DNA of 64,000 bases, from positions 1-64,000 of IMG/VR virus record IMGVR_UViG_3300045972_000084; one strand, written 5' to 3'. Made by a program: the position numbers and the translations under genes. Source of the stretch: a virus. How positions within the stretch are numbered: position 1 is the first letter of the stretch; each line of letters opens with the position of its first letter. The notes under the pieces were generated by a model. That model was not told where the DNA came from. It saw only the letters and a list, made by a program, of their open reading frames with translations, and did not search any database. Of the stretch, positions 9,741 through 18,760 are shown in pieces.

Positions 9741-10400
9741 ATGCTTTCACAAGGACAAGTCGGACAAATCGCATCAGCCGGTGACGGTGTACAGGTAGCA
9801 CTTCGCGCAGGAAGACTGGGCGATCAGATCGTCAGCGAACTGCACGGAAAATACTACGAGCAGACCTATCGTGGCAACGTGTTCTCCATTGGCATGACCA
9901 GCACTGCGCTGTCTGCCAACACCATCACAGTCGCTGCGACGACGACCCCAATCATCGGTGTGTGGAACCCAGTGGGCTCAGGTAAGAACTTGGTTCTGCT
10001 GAAAGCCAAGAACGTCATCACCGTAGCAGGAGCTTCTGCCGTAGCCCCCGGCGCGTTTGTCTGGGCTACGTCGATTGGTAATGCTGCAATCAGTACAGGC
10101 TTGGCCCCACTGAGCCGCTTGACGCTGGCTAACTCAGGTTCCATCGCCAAGGGTTTCAACATCAGCACTGCGCTCACAGGCATGACCAACGCATTGGTTA
10201 TTCAGCAGGCAGCAGCTTTTGGTACTTTGGTAGCGGCGCAGGGCGCAACAGCAACCCCGATGATTTCTGGTGACGCAGTAGAGGAGTTTGACGGCGCATT
10301 CATCGTACCTCCGGGCGGTGTAGTTGCGCTGCTGAACACGGTCTCAACAACCACTATCAGCGTGGCTTCCATGCTCTTGTGGGAGGAATGCCCCCTCTAG
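9741..10400 (+). CDS. Hypothetical virion structural protein (219 aa)
   Basis: AAGGAG RBS, late operon. Confidence 0.55.
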   Translation: MLSQGQVGQIASAGDGVQVALRAGRLGDQIVSELHGKYYEQTYRGNVFSIGMTSTALSANTITVAATTTPIIGVWNPVGSGKNLVLLKAKNVITVAGASAVAPGAFVWATSIGNAAISTGLAPLSRLTLANSGSIAKGFNISTALTGMTNALVIQQAAAFGTLVAAQGATATPMISGDAVEEFDGAFIVPPGGVVALLNTVSTTTISVASMLLWEECPL

Positions 10401-10403
10401 CCT

Positions 10404-10952
10404 ATGAGTCCTCTTAAAGATATACCCCAAAACAAAGCCCACATCGAGAAGCGCATGTCCTCAAGGTCCGCAACTTACTCGGCACGGTTTTCAGCGACCA
10501 CGCACAAGGTTTGCACTTGCTGCAAGGAAGATAAGCCTATAGCTAACTTCCATAAAAGGTCAGGGCGTAAGTTCGGCTACAAACCTCTTTGCATATCTTG
10601 CGCTTATGAGCGCACACGCCAGTGGAAAGCTGCGAACAAAGATAAGACAGTAGCGCACAAGCGGGCATTTCAGGAGCGCAATAGAGCGCACAGATGTGCT
10701 TACCAAAACCTGCGTCACGCCGCTACTCTAAAGCGTACTATCCCTTGGGCCAACTTGGACCACATCAAAGGAATGTACGAGATTTGTGCTGTGTTCCGAC
10801 GTGTGGGTCTAGATTTGCAAGTCGATCACATCATTCCGATGCAGGGTGAATTAGTTTCTGGGCTACATGTGGAAACCAATCTACAGCTCATGGGTCGGAT
10901 TGAAAATATCAGCAAGAAAAACAGATTCAATATAGAGGAGGTGCCAATATGA
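10404..10952 (+). CDS. HNH endonuclease (free-standing, inside structural operon)
   Basis: CxxC...CxxC zinc motif at the N-terminus. C-terminal LQVDHIIPMQGELVSGLHVETNLQLM...ENISKKN is an HNH signature. Confidence 0.8.
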   Translation: MSPLKDIPQNKAHIEKRMSSRSATYSARFSATTHKVCTCCKEDKPIANFHKRSGRKFGYKPLCISCAYERTRQWKAANKDKTVAHKRAFQERNRAHRCAYQNLRHAATLKRTIPWANLDHIKGMYEICAVFRRVGLDLQVDHIIPMQGELVSGLHVETNLQLMGRIENISKKNRFNIEEVPI

Positions 10953-11284
10953 GCAACTATGACGGCTCTCAAGTGGGCGTCCCGTATGTTCGGGCGCACC
11001 GTGTCACTATCAATTGGGCTGATTCGGAGTCAACTCCTACAGCCTTCATTGAACAGTCTGAGGGTGTGAAGCTAGCCGATGGGACCATTCGCACGCTCGG
11101 ACCCCTGCCAAACATCCTGGTTCACTTGGACTTCGCAGGAAGCGGTGATGCAGCCATACCTCTGATTAACCCAGAGAATGCAGCGCATTTGGGCGCTGAC
11201 ACTACGCTGAATCAAGCATTCCTTGCGGTGCTTGCTGTGGTCCGTGCAGAGCAACTTAAAGCCGAGCCTGTAGCACCTGTATGA
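10949..11284 (+). CDS. Hypothetical tail-module protein (111 aa)
   Basis: ATGA-type coupling to neighbours. Confidence 0.5.
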   Translation: MSNYDGSQVGVPYVRAHRVTINWADSESTPTAFIEQSEGVKLADGTIRTLGPLPNILVHLDFAGSGDAAIPLINPENAAHLGADTTLNQAFLAVLAVVRAEQLKAEPVAPV

Positions 11285-11637
11285 CCAAAGTAGTAGAAGA
11301 CCGTGTACTTGAAACCAGCACCACAACGGGTACTGGCGCACTGACTCTGTTGGGGGCGGTATCAGGCTATCGGGCGTTCTCTGCTGTCTGCGTGAACAAC
11401 GACACGGTTGACTACTACATCGAAGCAGTGGATGCCAGTGGCGTACCCACAGGCGCTTGGGAGACTGGTATTGGTACATGGGGCACAGGAAACATCCTGA
11501 CGCGCACCTCGGTCATCTCCAGTAGCAATGCAGACACCGTAGTGACTCTGGGAGTAGGGACTAAGCGGGTAGGCATCGGTCTGCTGTCCAAAACTGTTGA
11601 CGCGAACTTCAATCCATTCCTTTTGATGGGGGCTTAA
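11281..11637 (+). CDS. Hypothetical tail-module protein (118 aa)
   Basis: Coupled ORF. The TTTGTGALTL...WETGIGTW pattern is common in small phage tail-associated proteins (recollection). Confidence 0.5.
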   Translation: MTKVVEDRVLETSTTTGTGALTLLGAVSGYRAFSAVCVNNDTVDYYIEAVDASGVPTGAWETGIGTWGTGNILTRTSVISSSNADTVVTLGVGTKRVGIGLLSKTVDANFNPFLLMGA

Positions 11638-11967
11638 ATGGCACAGACTTACAAGGTGCTCGGGCAGGTGTATCCCGCTGGCAGCACCGACACCACGCTG
11701 TACACAGTACCCGCTGCGACCCAGACTGTTTCTAGCACTATCAACGTCTGCAATCAGGCTTCGTCGTCCGCCACGTTTCGCGTGTCTGTCAGACCCCTCG
11801 GAGCTACATTGAACAATCAGCACTACCTGTCCTATGAGACACCGATACCAGCTTATGACAGCATCCCATTGACGCTTGGTATCACCCTTGGGGCCACCGA
11901 TGTGGTGACTGTCCGCTCAAGCAACGGGTCGATCTCATTCAGCATATTTGGCTCTGAGGTAATCTAA
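11638..11967 (+). CDS. Hypothetical tail-module protein (109 aa)
   Basis: Coupled ORF directly upstream of the fibre gene. Confidence 0.5.
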   Translation: MAQTYKVLGQVYPAGSTDTTLYTVPAATQTVSSTINVCNQASSSATFRVSVRPLGATLNNQHYLSYETPIPAYDSIPLTLGITLGATDVVTVRSSNGSISFSIFGSEVI

Positions 11968-14772
11968 ATGAGCGCAGGCGCACTATCCCTGCGTAAGATC
12001 AGCGGCAAGAACTACGGGGCCAAGCCGACCTCTGTGGTGGCTGCATACGGGGATCAGTATTGGAACCAGACTTCGCTGCTGCTGCTTGGCAACGGGTCAA
12101 CGGGATTGCAGAACAGTACCGCGATTGATAGTAGCGCAAGCCCTTACGCAATCACAGCTAGCGGGACACCCGCGCAGGGTACGTTTTCTCCTGTGGCTGG
12201 AATGGGGTCGTGCTACTTCAACGCAAGCACTGATTACTTTCAGGCAACTGGCTACGATGTAGCCGCGCTAGGTAACGGGGACTTCACTATCGAATGCTGG
12301 TTCAATGCTGCTGACGTAGTGACTACCCGCTCCATCCTAAGCACTTTCTCAGCCCCAGCAGCAGCAGACGGAAAGGGAATTTCGGTGGAGTGGGTTGCTG
12401 GCTCAAAGATGGCGTTTTACTCCTTCGCGTACAACGGCTCTGCTGCCCCTGTTGTGGTCCAAACCTCAACCTGTTCTTTGAACACTTGGTATCACATAGC
12501 TGTGACTAAGCAGGGTACAACACACCGGTTGTTTATAAATGGGAATCTGGAGGCAACCGCCATTGCGGCATATACCGTGGTAGCTGGTGGTGCGATGGTT
12601 ATTGGAAGCTCCTTGTATGGTGTGGCCGCCAGAACCTTCAATGGGTATATCGCGGGCTTCAGAGTGATCAAAGGAGCCGCCCTATACACCGCCAGCTTTA
12701 CGGTCCCATCGACACCGCCGACAGCCGTAGCTGGTACTTCCCTTCTGCTGAACTTCGGCAACGCTGGAGTCTACGATTCGACAGGTAAAAACAACGTGAA
12801 GATTGGAGGGACAGTAGCGCCCTCAAGTTCCGTTGTGAAGTACGGCGTCAGCAGCATAAATTTCACAGGCTCATCTTCCATAGTTCTACAAGACTCCCCA
12901 TCCTTTGAGCTTGGAGCGAGTGACTTCACCATTGAGTTCTGGGTGAATACCACCCAGACAACTCAGTACGCCACACTGATTTCTCGCAGCACAGCCGCAT
13001 TCGCCACCGGTATGTGGACCCTGATGCTTAACTCGGCAGCCGCAGGTTCTGGCGCAATATCGCTGTGGGCATACGAGGTGAACGCTGGCGCAGCCGCCGT
13101 TATGACAACCACGGGTGTGAACGTCATTGATGGTTCATGGCATCACGTTTCCATGACCCGCATGGGTAGCGCATGGACTATCTGGGTGGATGGCATTAGT
13201 AGAGCAACTGCCACCTCCGCTGCAACCATAGCTGACCTTGCTAGTGGCCCGTTCATAGGCATGGACCAGTTCATCGGTCGGTACTACACAGGCTACCTTG
13301 ATGACTTCCGGTTCACGCTCGGAGTAGCCCGTTACAAAGGCAACTTCCAGCCTCCGATTTCAGAGTTGCCATCGTTCTACGGCTCTCCAACGACTGACGA
13401 TTACTGGACGCAGACCACACTTCTATTACATGGGGATGGGGCAAACGGGGCTAACAACGCCTCGATAATCGACTCCAGTGTCAATAACCTAACCGACACG
13501 GTTGTGGGAACCCCAACGCAAGGCAGCTTTACCCCCTTCCCAGTTACCGCAAACTCAGGGAAGACTTACGTTGCTTCTATAAACGGGGGCTCCTGCTATT
13601 TCAACGGCACAACGGACTATCTAACTTACGTCGCCACGGATGCAATGAATGACATCGGTACTGTCTCGATGCCAGTTACTATTGAGGCGTGGGTATACCC
13701 AACCTCCTTTGCGACGGATGGGACAGTAATCGGGCGAGGGGGTAGTGTGTATGGGTGGAACGCATCAAACGGTGTTGCCTACTATCTTCACCTTAATACC
13801 ACCACCGGGATACCTTCGTTCCACTATTTCATAGGGGGTACGAGTACCACTTCTGCGACTGCAGCCTCGGGGGTTGCATTGAATGCCTGGACCCACTTGG
13901 CGGTAGTCTGGGACGGCGTATCCTCCACGAAGTTATACGTAAATGGGGCACTGGCTGCCACCACTAGTGGGGCCTACGTTGCCCCTACCACTAACACTAC
14001 ACTAGCAGTCGGGGCAGTAGCTGGTGGAAGTGCATCCTCCAGGTTCGCTGGGTATATCTCAAATCTTAGGTTCGTACGCGGAACTGCGGTATATACCACT
14101 GGATTCACGGTGCCACCCGCACCCCTAACTCCGATTGCAAACACTCAGTTGCTGCTTAGCTTCAATAACGCCGCAATCATTGACCAGACTTGCAAGACGA
14201 ATCTACAGGTGGTCGGTAGCGCTGCGACGATGGTTTCGGTAAATAAGTTTGGTGGTAGCAGTTTGTACTTCAATGGGACAACTGACTATCTTAAATCCCC
14301 CACAATGACGCAATTGCAAGGTGGACCTTTCACTGTTGAGGCATGGCTCTACCCAAGTCAGGTTACAACAGGGTTTTATGTGTTCACCCAGGTCGGAACT
14401 ACATCCGATTGGAGTGCAACTGGATATTCCTTTGACTGCACTACTACGGGGGCGTTCCCGCTTTTTGAGTTAAAGACAGGCGTAGGCACTCTAGCAAGTG
14501 CTACAAGCTCTATAGCCTTGGTAGCGAATACATGGCAGCACGTTGCTTGGGTATACGATGGTACAAATGCCAAGATATTTGTTAATGGGGTTCAAGGGGT
14601 ATCAACTGCTATAGCTCACGCAGCCAGCAGCGCACCCAATTCGATTATTGGGGCGGGCAGTGCTGGAGCATCCCCGTATGGCGGTTACATAGACGACTAC
14701 CGCATCACCAAAGGCTTAGCCCGATACACAGCCAACTTCATCCCGCCCACTGCGGCGCTGCCTGACAGATGA
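11968..14772 (+). CDS. Tail fibre/receptor-binding protein with four tandem LamG (concanavalin-A-like lectin) domains
   Basis: A ~230-aa unit occurs four times. Repeated motifs: DFTIE(C/F)W / PVTIEAWVYP / PFTVEAWLYP; W(Y/H)H(I/V); and YIAGFRVIKG / YLDDFRFTLG / YISNLRFVRG / YIDDYRITKG, each followed by F(T/Q/I)(V/P)P. Confidence 0.75.
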   Translation: MSAGALSLRKISGKNYGAKPTSVVAAYGDQYWNQTSLLLLGNGSTGLQNSTAIDSSASPYAITASGTPAQGTFSPVAGMGSCYFNASTDYFQATGYDVAALGNGDFTIECWFNAADVVTTRSILSTFSAPAAADGKGISVEWVAGSKMAFYSFAYNGSAAPVVVQTSTCSLNTWYHIAVTKQGTTHRLFINGNLEATAIAAYTVVAGGAMVIGSSLYGVAARTFNGYIAGFRVIKGAALYTASFTVPSTPPTAVAGTSLLLNFGNAGVYDSTGKNNVKIGGTVAPSSSVVKYGVSSINFTGSSSIVLQDSPSFELGASDFTIEFWVNTTQTTQYATLISRSTAAFATGMWTLMLNSAAAGSGAISLWAYEVNAGAAAVMTTTGVNVIDGSWHHVSMTRMGSAWTIWVDGISRATATSAATIADLASGPFIGMDQFIGRYYTGYLDDFRFTLGVARYKGNFQPPISELPSFYGSPTTDDYWTQTTLLLHGDGANGANNASIIDSSVNNLTDTVVGTPTQGSFTPFPVTANSGKTYVASINGGSCYFNGTTDYLTYVATDAMNDIGTVSMPVTIEAWVYPTSFATDGTVIGRGGSVYGWNASNGVAYYLHLNTTTGIPSFHYFIGGTSTTSATAASGVALNAWTHLAVVWDGVSSTKLYVNGALAATTSGAYVAPTTNTTLAVGAVAGGSASSRFAGYISNLRFVRGTAVYTTGFTVPPAPLTPIANTQLLLSFNNAAIIDQTCKTNLQVVGSAATMVSVNKFGGSSLYFNGTTDYLKSPTMTQLQGGPFTVEAWLYPSQVTTGFYVFTQVGTTSDWSATGYSFDCTTTGAFPLFELKTGVGTLASATSSIALVANTWQHVAWVYDGTNAKIFVNGVQGVSTAIAHAASSAPNSIIGAGSAGASPYGGYIDDYRITKGLARYTANFIPPTAALPDR

Positions 14773-16133
14773 GCCTCGGTTCCCGCCCCCTAGCTGGCTC
14801 CCCGCTTGGCGCTGGTAGGGGGGTAGCGGTAACGCTGTCTGCTGCTGAGTTCTCGGTAGCGGGTATCCCTGCGCTTGGTGCATTGTTGGCGGCATCGAAC
14901 CCAAATACAACGATTGCCTGCACGGTAGGTGGAGCGGCTGCAATCGGTGTTACGGCATCCATATCGACGGCATCCAATACCGTAATAACCTGCAGTGTTG
15001 GCGGATCTGTGGCGGCAGGAACGGCCGCCCAAGTATCGTCGTCCATAGCTGCATCGGTAGTGGGTGCATCGGCTGTCGGTCAGACTGCACTGATCTCAGC
15101 GTCGATAGCAGCGTCTGTTGGCACTGCTTCTGCAGTTGGTACAACTACAAACATTTCTAGCGGAATAACTGCATCCGTTGGAACCGCGTCCGCTATTGGT
15201 ACTACAGCAAATATTGCTGTTGCAGGGTCCAATGTAATAACGGCTACGGTTGGGACTGCATCTGCTACTGGAACTACTGGTAACGTAAACACTGCACTTG
15301 TTGCAGGAGCAGGAGGCGCATCCGCTACAGGATCTACAGCAAACCTTAATTCATCTGTTGTAGCGTCTGTTGGATCATCCTCTGCGGTTGGAGCATCTGC
15401 CAGTGTAAGCGTAACAATATCGTCCGGCGTAGGCGCAGCGTCTGCCACGGGTACGACGGCATTTGTCTCTACATCGATTGCATCGTCTATTGGAGGTTCT
15501 GCTGCTGCAGGAACGAATGCAAATGTAAATTCCAGCATAGTTGCATCGGTAGGAACCGCACCAGCGATAGGTGTAACTGCATCAGTTGGAACCTCTAGTA
15601 ATACAACCATAGTTGGCGTGGTTGGAGGAGCATCGGCTACAGGTGTTGCAGCAAGCATTCCGATAGCTCTACAAACCTCTTCTGGATCTGCTTCTGCCGC
15701 TGGCGTAAATGCTAATGTGGGGCTCACTCTTACCACGTCAACGGGCCTGGCATCAGCTAATGGGGTGACGGTAACACTTCCGTCTACGCTGTCCACATCG
15801 ACCGGTATAGCGAGCGCTGCTGGTACTCCTACCCTGGTGAGTATCACCCTTAAGACACTCACTGGAGCTGCTACCGCTGAAGGTGCAATTGCATCCGTAG
15901 TCACATATGGAAATAGCCCATCCATCTATGTGAGTTATGTGCCTTCGACAGGCGTTCTGACAATGATTCAGATTGATAAGAACACCGTAGAAGTGCCTAC
16001 GAAAAGTTACCTATCAATGGTCACAACAGAGATCTACTCATCCTCACTAGATGTCGGATCTTATGCGCTTTCTGTTCCAGCTACAGATGGCAATCTCAAC
16101 GTGTTAGTGAATTCAACATTGGTGACAACATGA
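14769..16133 (+). CDS. Repeat-rich fibre-like protein (about 17 tandem 20-residue A/S/T/G/V repeats)
   Basis: Periodic xxxIxxSVGxASAxGTxxxV units run through most of the 454 aa. Coupled to the LamG fibre gene. Confidence 0.65.
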   Translation: MSLGSRPLAGSPLGAGRGVAVTLSAAEFSVAGIPALGALLAASNPNTTIACTVGGAAAIGVTASISTASNTVITCSVGGSVAAGTAAQVSSSIAASVVGASAVGQTALISASIAASVGTASAVGTTTNISSGITASVGTASAIGTTANIAVAGSNVITATVGTASATGTTGNVNTALVAGAGGASATGSTANLNSSVVASVGSSSAVGASASVSVTISSGVGAASATGTTAFVSTSIASSIGGSAAAGTNANVNSSIVASVGTAPAIGVTASVGTSSNTTIVGVVGGASATGVAASIPIALQTSSGSASAAGVNANVGLTLTTSTGLASANGVTVTLPSTLSTSTGIASAAGTPTLVSITLKTLTGAATAEGAIASVVTYGNSPSIYVSYVPSTGVLTMIQIDKNTVEVPTKSYLSMVTTEIYSSSLDVGSYALSVPATDGNLNVLVNSTLVTT

Positions 16134-16423
16134 GCATTCTAGGAACATTCACTAAGCAGCCTGCTGATAAGCAGGACTATGACATCAGTTTTGCAGATTG
16201 GCTAGCAGCTCTTGGTGACACTGGTCTATCGCATACCTCAAGCATCACTGGTAACGATTCTGCAGCAACTCTATCCCCAGCTTCCTCTCTAACTGCTGGA
16301 GTCGTGAAGGTATGGGTCTCCGGTGGAACAGACGCAGTTGATTACAAAGTCAGTGTCAACCTCACAACTTCTGCAGGCCGAGTAAAGCAGGTAGAAATCA
16401 AGATCAAAGTGAAGGAGACATAA
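16130..16423 (+). CDS. Hypothetical small protein (97 aa)
   Basis: ATGA coupling to the upstream fibre gene. Confidence 0.5.
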   Translation: MSILGTFTKQPADKQDYDISFADWLAALGDTGLSHTSSITGNDSAATLSPASSLTAGVVKVWVSGGTDAVDYKVSVNLTTSAGRVKQVEIKIKVKET

Positions 16424-16639
16424 ATGGCCTTACCTCTGTGGATTGTCAACGCTGACATAAAAATTATGTCATGGCTCGGAGGTAAGGATAGAGAGACGCT
16501 CTCAAGCGCTTCATGGAATGCTCACCTGACAAATGTCTGGTGGGGATGGACGTATCTCGTAATCGACTTGTTGCTTTACGTTTGGCAGAGGGACCACTCT
16601 CGCCTAGATTGGGAATACCGCAAGGAGATTTACCAATGA
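16424..16639 (+). CDS. Small membrane protein (71 aa)
   Basis: Hydrophobic W-rich segment WWGWTYLVIDLLLYVW. Abuts its neighbours. Confidence 0.45.
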   Translation: MALPLWIVNADIKIMSWLGGKDRETLSSASWNAHLTNVWWGWTYLVIDLLLYVWQRDHSRLDWEYRKEIYQ

Positions 16640-17058
16640 TAGAACGTACCTATTGGGAAACCTTCGTCCACATCCTGTGCGACTCTATGCGCCCTGTGCG
16701 ATTCATTTCGCTATGGGTCTACATCCTGGTAGCGGGATCTTTCTGCCACGCAGGATACAACACCAAATACAGCGATGAGCTGCAAGTTCTCTTCAATGCC
16801 TTTCCTTGGTGGGTATGGGCTTGCCTATCAACCTATGTAGCTATTGCTCGGTTCATTGGGTTGTTCGTGTGGGAGGGTAAGTGGTACACGCGCAGGATCA
16901 CTCCTGTAATCGGCATGGTGGTATGGGCATTCCTGTTCACTGGTGCAGGAATCCTTACGCCAATCGATGGCATGGCCCTGTTGTACTTCATCCCTATGGG
17001 TATGGAAGTTTGGATTCTTGGACGTGCATTTGCAGAAGGGTTCATTGGTAATGACTGA
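16636..17058 (+). CDS. Polytopic membrane protein (140 aa, about 4 TM)
   Basis: ATG at 16636 overlaps the previous stop (ATGA). Four hydrophobic stretches. The longer start given in the ORF track is unlikely. Confidence 0.5.
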   Translation: MIERTYWETFVHILCDSMRPVRFISLWVYILVAGSFCHAGYNTKYSDELQVLFNAFPWWVWACLSTYVAIARFIGLFVWEGKWYTRRITPVIGMVVWAFLFTGAGILTPIDGMALLYFIPMGMEVWILGRAFAEGFIGND

Positions 17059-17401
17059 ACTAATAAAACTCGTTACCGATGGGACGCTACCAATTGGCTT
17101 CGGAGTGGTGGTGTTCTTGATACTCGTATCACTACAAATACCAAAGATCATCAACGGGCTGCGTGGTGACCGCGCTGATGGAAATATTCTCACGCGACTG
17201 GCAACAGCAGAAGCCAAGATCATGGAACTAAGCGACACCATCCACGCTCACGCTATAGATATCACCCTGGCACAGATGCACTTACTCAAGCTGTATCACC
17301 AGATGCTGGAAGAAGGATCAGATATTCCTCAAGATGTTCAGGGCTACGTGGATGAAATTATGGCGCGGCGGGCCAAGACCTGGGCGGAGAAGCATGAATG
17401 A
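17051..17401 (+). CDS. Membrane-anchored coiled-coil protein (116 aa)
   Basis: Internal ATG at 17051. N-terminal TM (LPIGFGVVVFLILVSL) followed by a helical region. Confidence 0.45.
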   Translation: MTELIKLVTDGTLPIGFGVVVFLILVSLQIPKIINGLRGDRADGNILTRLATAEAKIMELSDTIHAHAIDITLAQMHLLKLYHQMLEEGSDIPQDVQGYVDEIMARRAKTWAEKHE

Positions 17402-17496
17402 GTACCGCATCTGCATTCGCATTCGGAGTGATCGTAGGGATTGTAGTGGGTGTAGTTCTTTCGGTTGCTTCCAATTTACCTAGTTCGGAGAAATAA
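17398..17496 (+). CDS. 32-aa single-TM peptide (not in ORF track)
   Basis: ATGA overlap with the upstream stop. Sequence MSTASAFAFGVIVGIVVGVVLSVASNLPSSEK. Its stop lies 1 nt before the endolysin ATG. Confidence 0.35.
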   Translation: MSTASAFAFGVIVGIVVGVVLSVASNLPSSEK

Positions 17497-17497
17497 C

Positions 17498-18025
17498 ATG
17501 ACACCAGAAGAATTGGCCTCGGCCACGGGCGCTAGCATGGCGGATGCACTCAAGATGCTTACCCCAATTGAGGCTGCGATGGAAGAGTTCGAGATTGACT
17601 CTCCACAACGCAAGGCAATGTTTCTATCTCAGGTAGGGCATGAGTCTGACGGGCTGCATTGGCTTCGGGAAATATGGGGTCCAACACCAGCGCAAGAGCG
17701 CTACGAGGGTCGCGAGGACTTGGGCAACTTCCTGCCGGGTGACGGCTCAAAGTACCGTGGCCGTGGCCTACTTCAGATCACTGGCAGGAGCAACTATGTG
17801 GAAGTGGGCGAGGCTCTTGGACTTCCTCTTGTTGATAACCCTCAACTTCTTGAGACTCCAATCAATGCCGCGCGATCTGCTGCTTGGTTCTGGAAGGACC
17901 ATGGATTGAATGAGCTTGCTGATAACGGTGAATTCATCCGAATTACGAAGCGCATCAACGGTGGATTGAATGGATATGACAAGCGCCTGGCGCTGTATCA
18001 AAAAGCCCAGGAGGCTCTCGCATGA
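17498..18025 (+). CDS. Endolysin, glycoside hydrolase family 19 (chitinase-like lysozyme)
   Basis: FLSQVGHESDGL...YEGREDLGN..PGDGSKYRGRGLLQITGRSNY is the phage GH19 signature. GGAGAAATAAC-ATG RBS supports the start at 17498. Confidence 0.85.
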   Translation: MTPEELASATGASMADALKMLTPIEAAMEEFEIDSPQRKAMFLSQVGHESDGLHWLREIWGPTPAQERYEGREDLGNFLPGDGSKYRGRGLLQITGRSNYVEVGEALGLPLVDNPQLLETPINAARSAAWFWKDHGLNELADNGEFIRITKRINGGLNGYDKRLALYQKAQEALA

Positions 18026-18270
18026 TGGAATTTATGAAGAAGCTTTTCTCAGAGGCTGATAACCAGACTCCTTGCCCAGTTCGTGTAGCAGCTGGAATAT
18101 CCAATGTGATTTATCACCTGGCTGCTGTAGCCGGGATCTGCATGGGTTCGATTCATTTGGACATCTCAACCCTTGGACAGTACCTCCAGCATATGGCAAC
18201 TCTGATTGGAGTTGGCGGAGTATCCGTTGGTGCGAAGTCAATCATGAAAGCAGATGCCAATGCTCCTTGA
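18022..18270 (+). CDS. Holin-like protein (82 aa, two hydrophobic segments)
   Basis: Lies between endolysin and spanins, overlapping both. Two TM-like stretches. Confidence 0.5.
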   Translation: MMEFMKKLFSEADNQTPCPVRVAAGISNVIYHLAAVAGICMGSIHLDISTLGQYLQHMATLIGVGGVSVGAKSIMKADANAP

Positions 18271-18751
18271 CCTACTTCTAAATCCTCGCTTCTGGGCCAC
18301 TCTCGTAGTGGCCTTTTTTTTGTCTGCACTTCTTCAAAAGACCTATCACATGGGCCAGGAAAGCATCCAGTCCCAGTGGGATGCGCAAACCGCTCAGATG
18401 GCTAAGCAAACCATCGCAATCCAACTCGATGCAGCAGCAAAAACAAAACAACTTCTTGAAGATAAAGAGGCTCTTCGCAATGAAAAAGACATTGAAATCA
18501 ATAAGCTTAATTCTGATGTCGCTGATCTTAATAAGCGGCTGCGCCAGCGACCCAAGCGTGGTAGTCAAGGCGGTGTGTCCAACGATACCTCCACTGGATC
18601 AGTCCCCAGCTGTACAGGAGCCGAGCTTTACCAAGAAGATGGACTCGTTCTTGCAGGGGAAGCTTCCAGAGCAGACCACATTCGACTACAGCTTATCGAG
18701 TGCCAAGCCGACTATCAAAAAGCCCGCGTTGCCTGCAACGCCATCAAATAA
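18254..18751 (+). CDS. i-spanin (Rz-like)
   Basis: N-terminal TM (FWATLVVAFFLSALL) followed by a long coiled-coil and charged region. It contains an embedded lipoprotein gene. Confidence 0.75.
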   Translation: MPMLLDLLLNPRFWATLVVAFFLSALLQKTYHMGQESIQSQWDAQTAQMAKQTIAIQLDAAAKTKQLLEDKEALRNEKDIEINKLNSDVADLNKRLRQRPKRGSQGGVSNDTSTGSVPSCTGAELYQEDGLVLAGEASRADHIRLQLIECQADYQKARVACNAIK

Positions 18752-18755
18752 GTAG
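18480..18755 (+). CDS. o-spanin (Rz1-like lipoprotein), embedded in +1 frame of the i-spanin gene
   Basis: MKKTLKSISLILMSLILISGC lipobox (LISG|C) with a Pro-rich mature part. It ends 4 nt after the Rz stop. Confidence 0.75.
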   Translation: MKKTLKSISLILMSLILISGCASDPSVVVKAVCPTIPPLDQSPAVQEPSFTKKMDSFLQGKLPEQTTFDYSLSSAKPTIKKPALPATPSNK

Positions 18756-18760
18756 GCAGT

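Noticed and set aside
14850-15900. CRISPR array or DGR variable/template repeat
   Set aside because: The repeats are in-frame coding units without unique spacers. There is no cas gene, no reverse transcriptase and no second near-identical template copy in the window.
15080-15925. 281-aa minus-strand ORF (A/V/D/P/T-rich)
   Set aside because: It is a by-product of the GCN/ACN/TCN-rich tandem repeats of the + strand fibre gene. It has no independent start signals.
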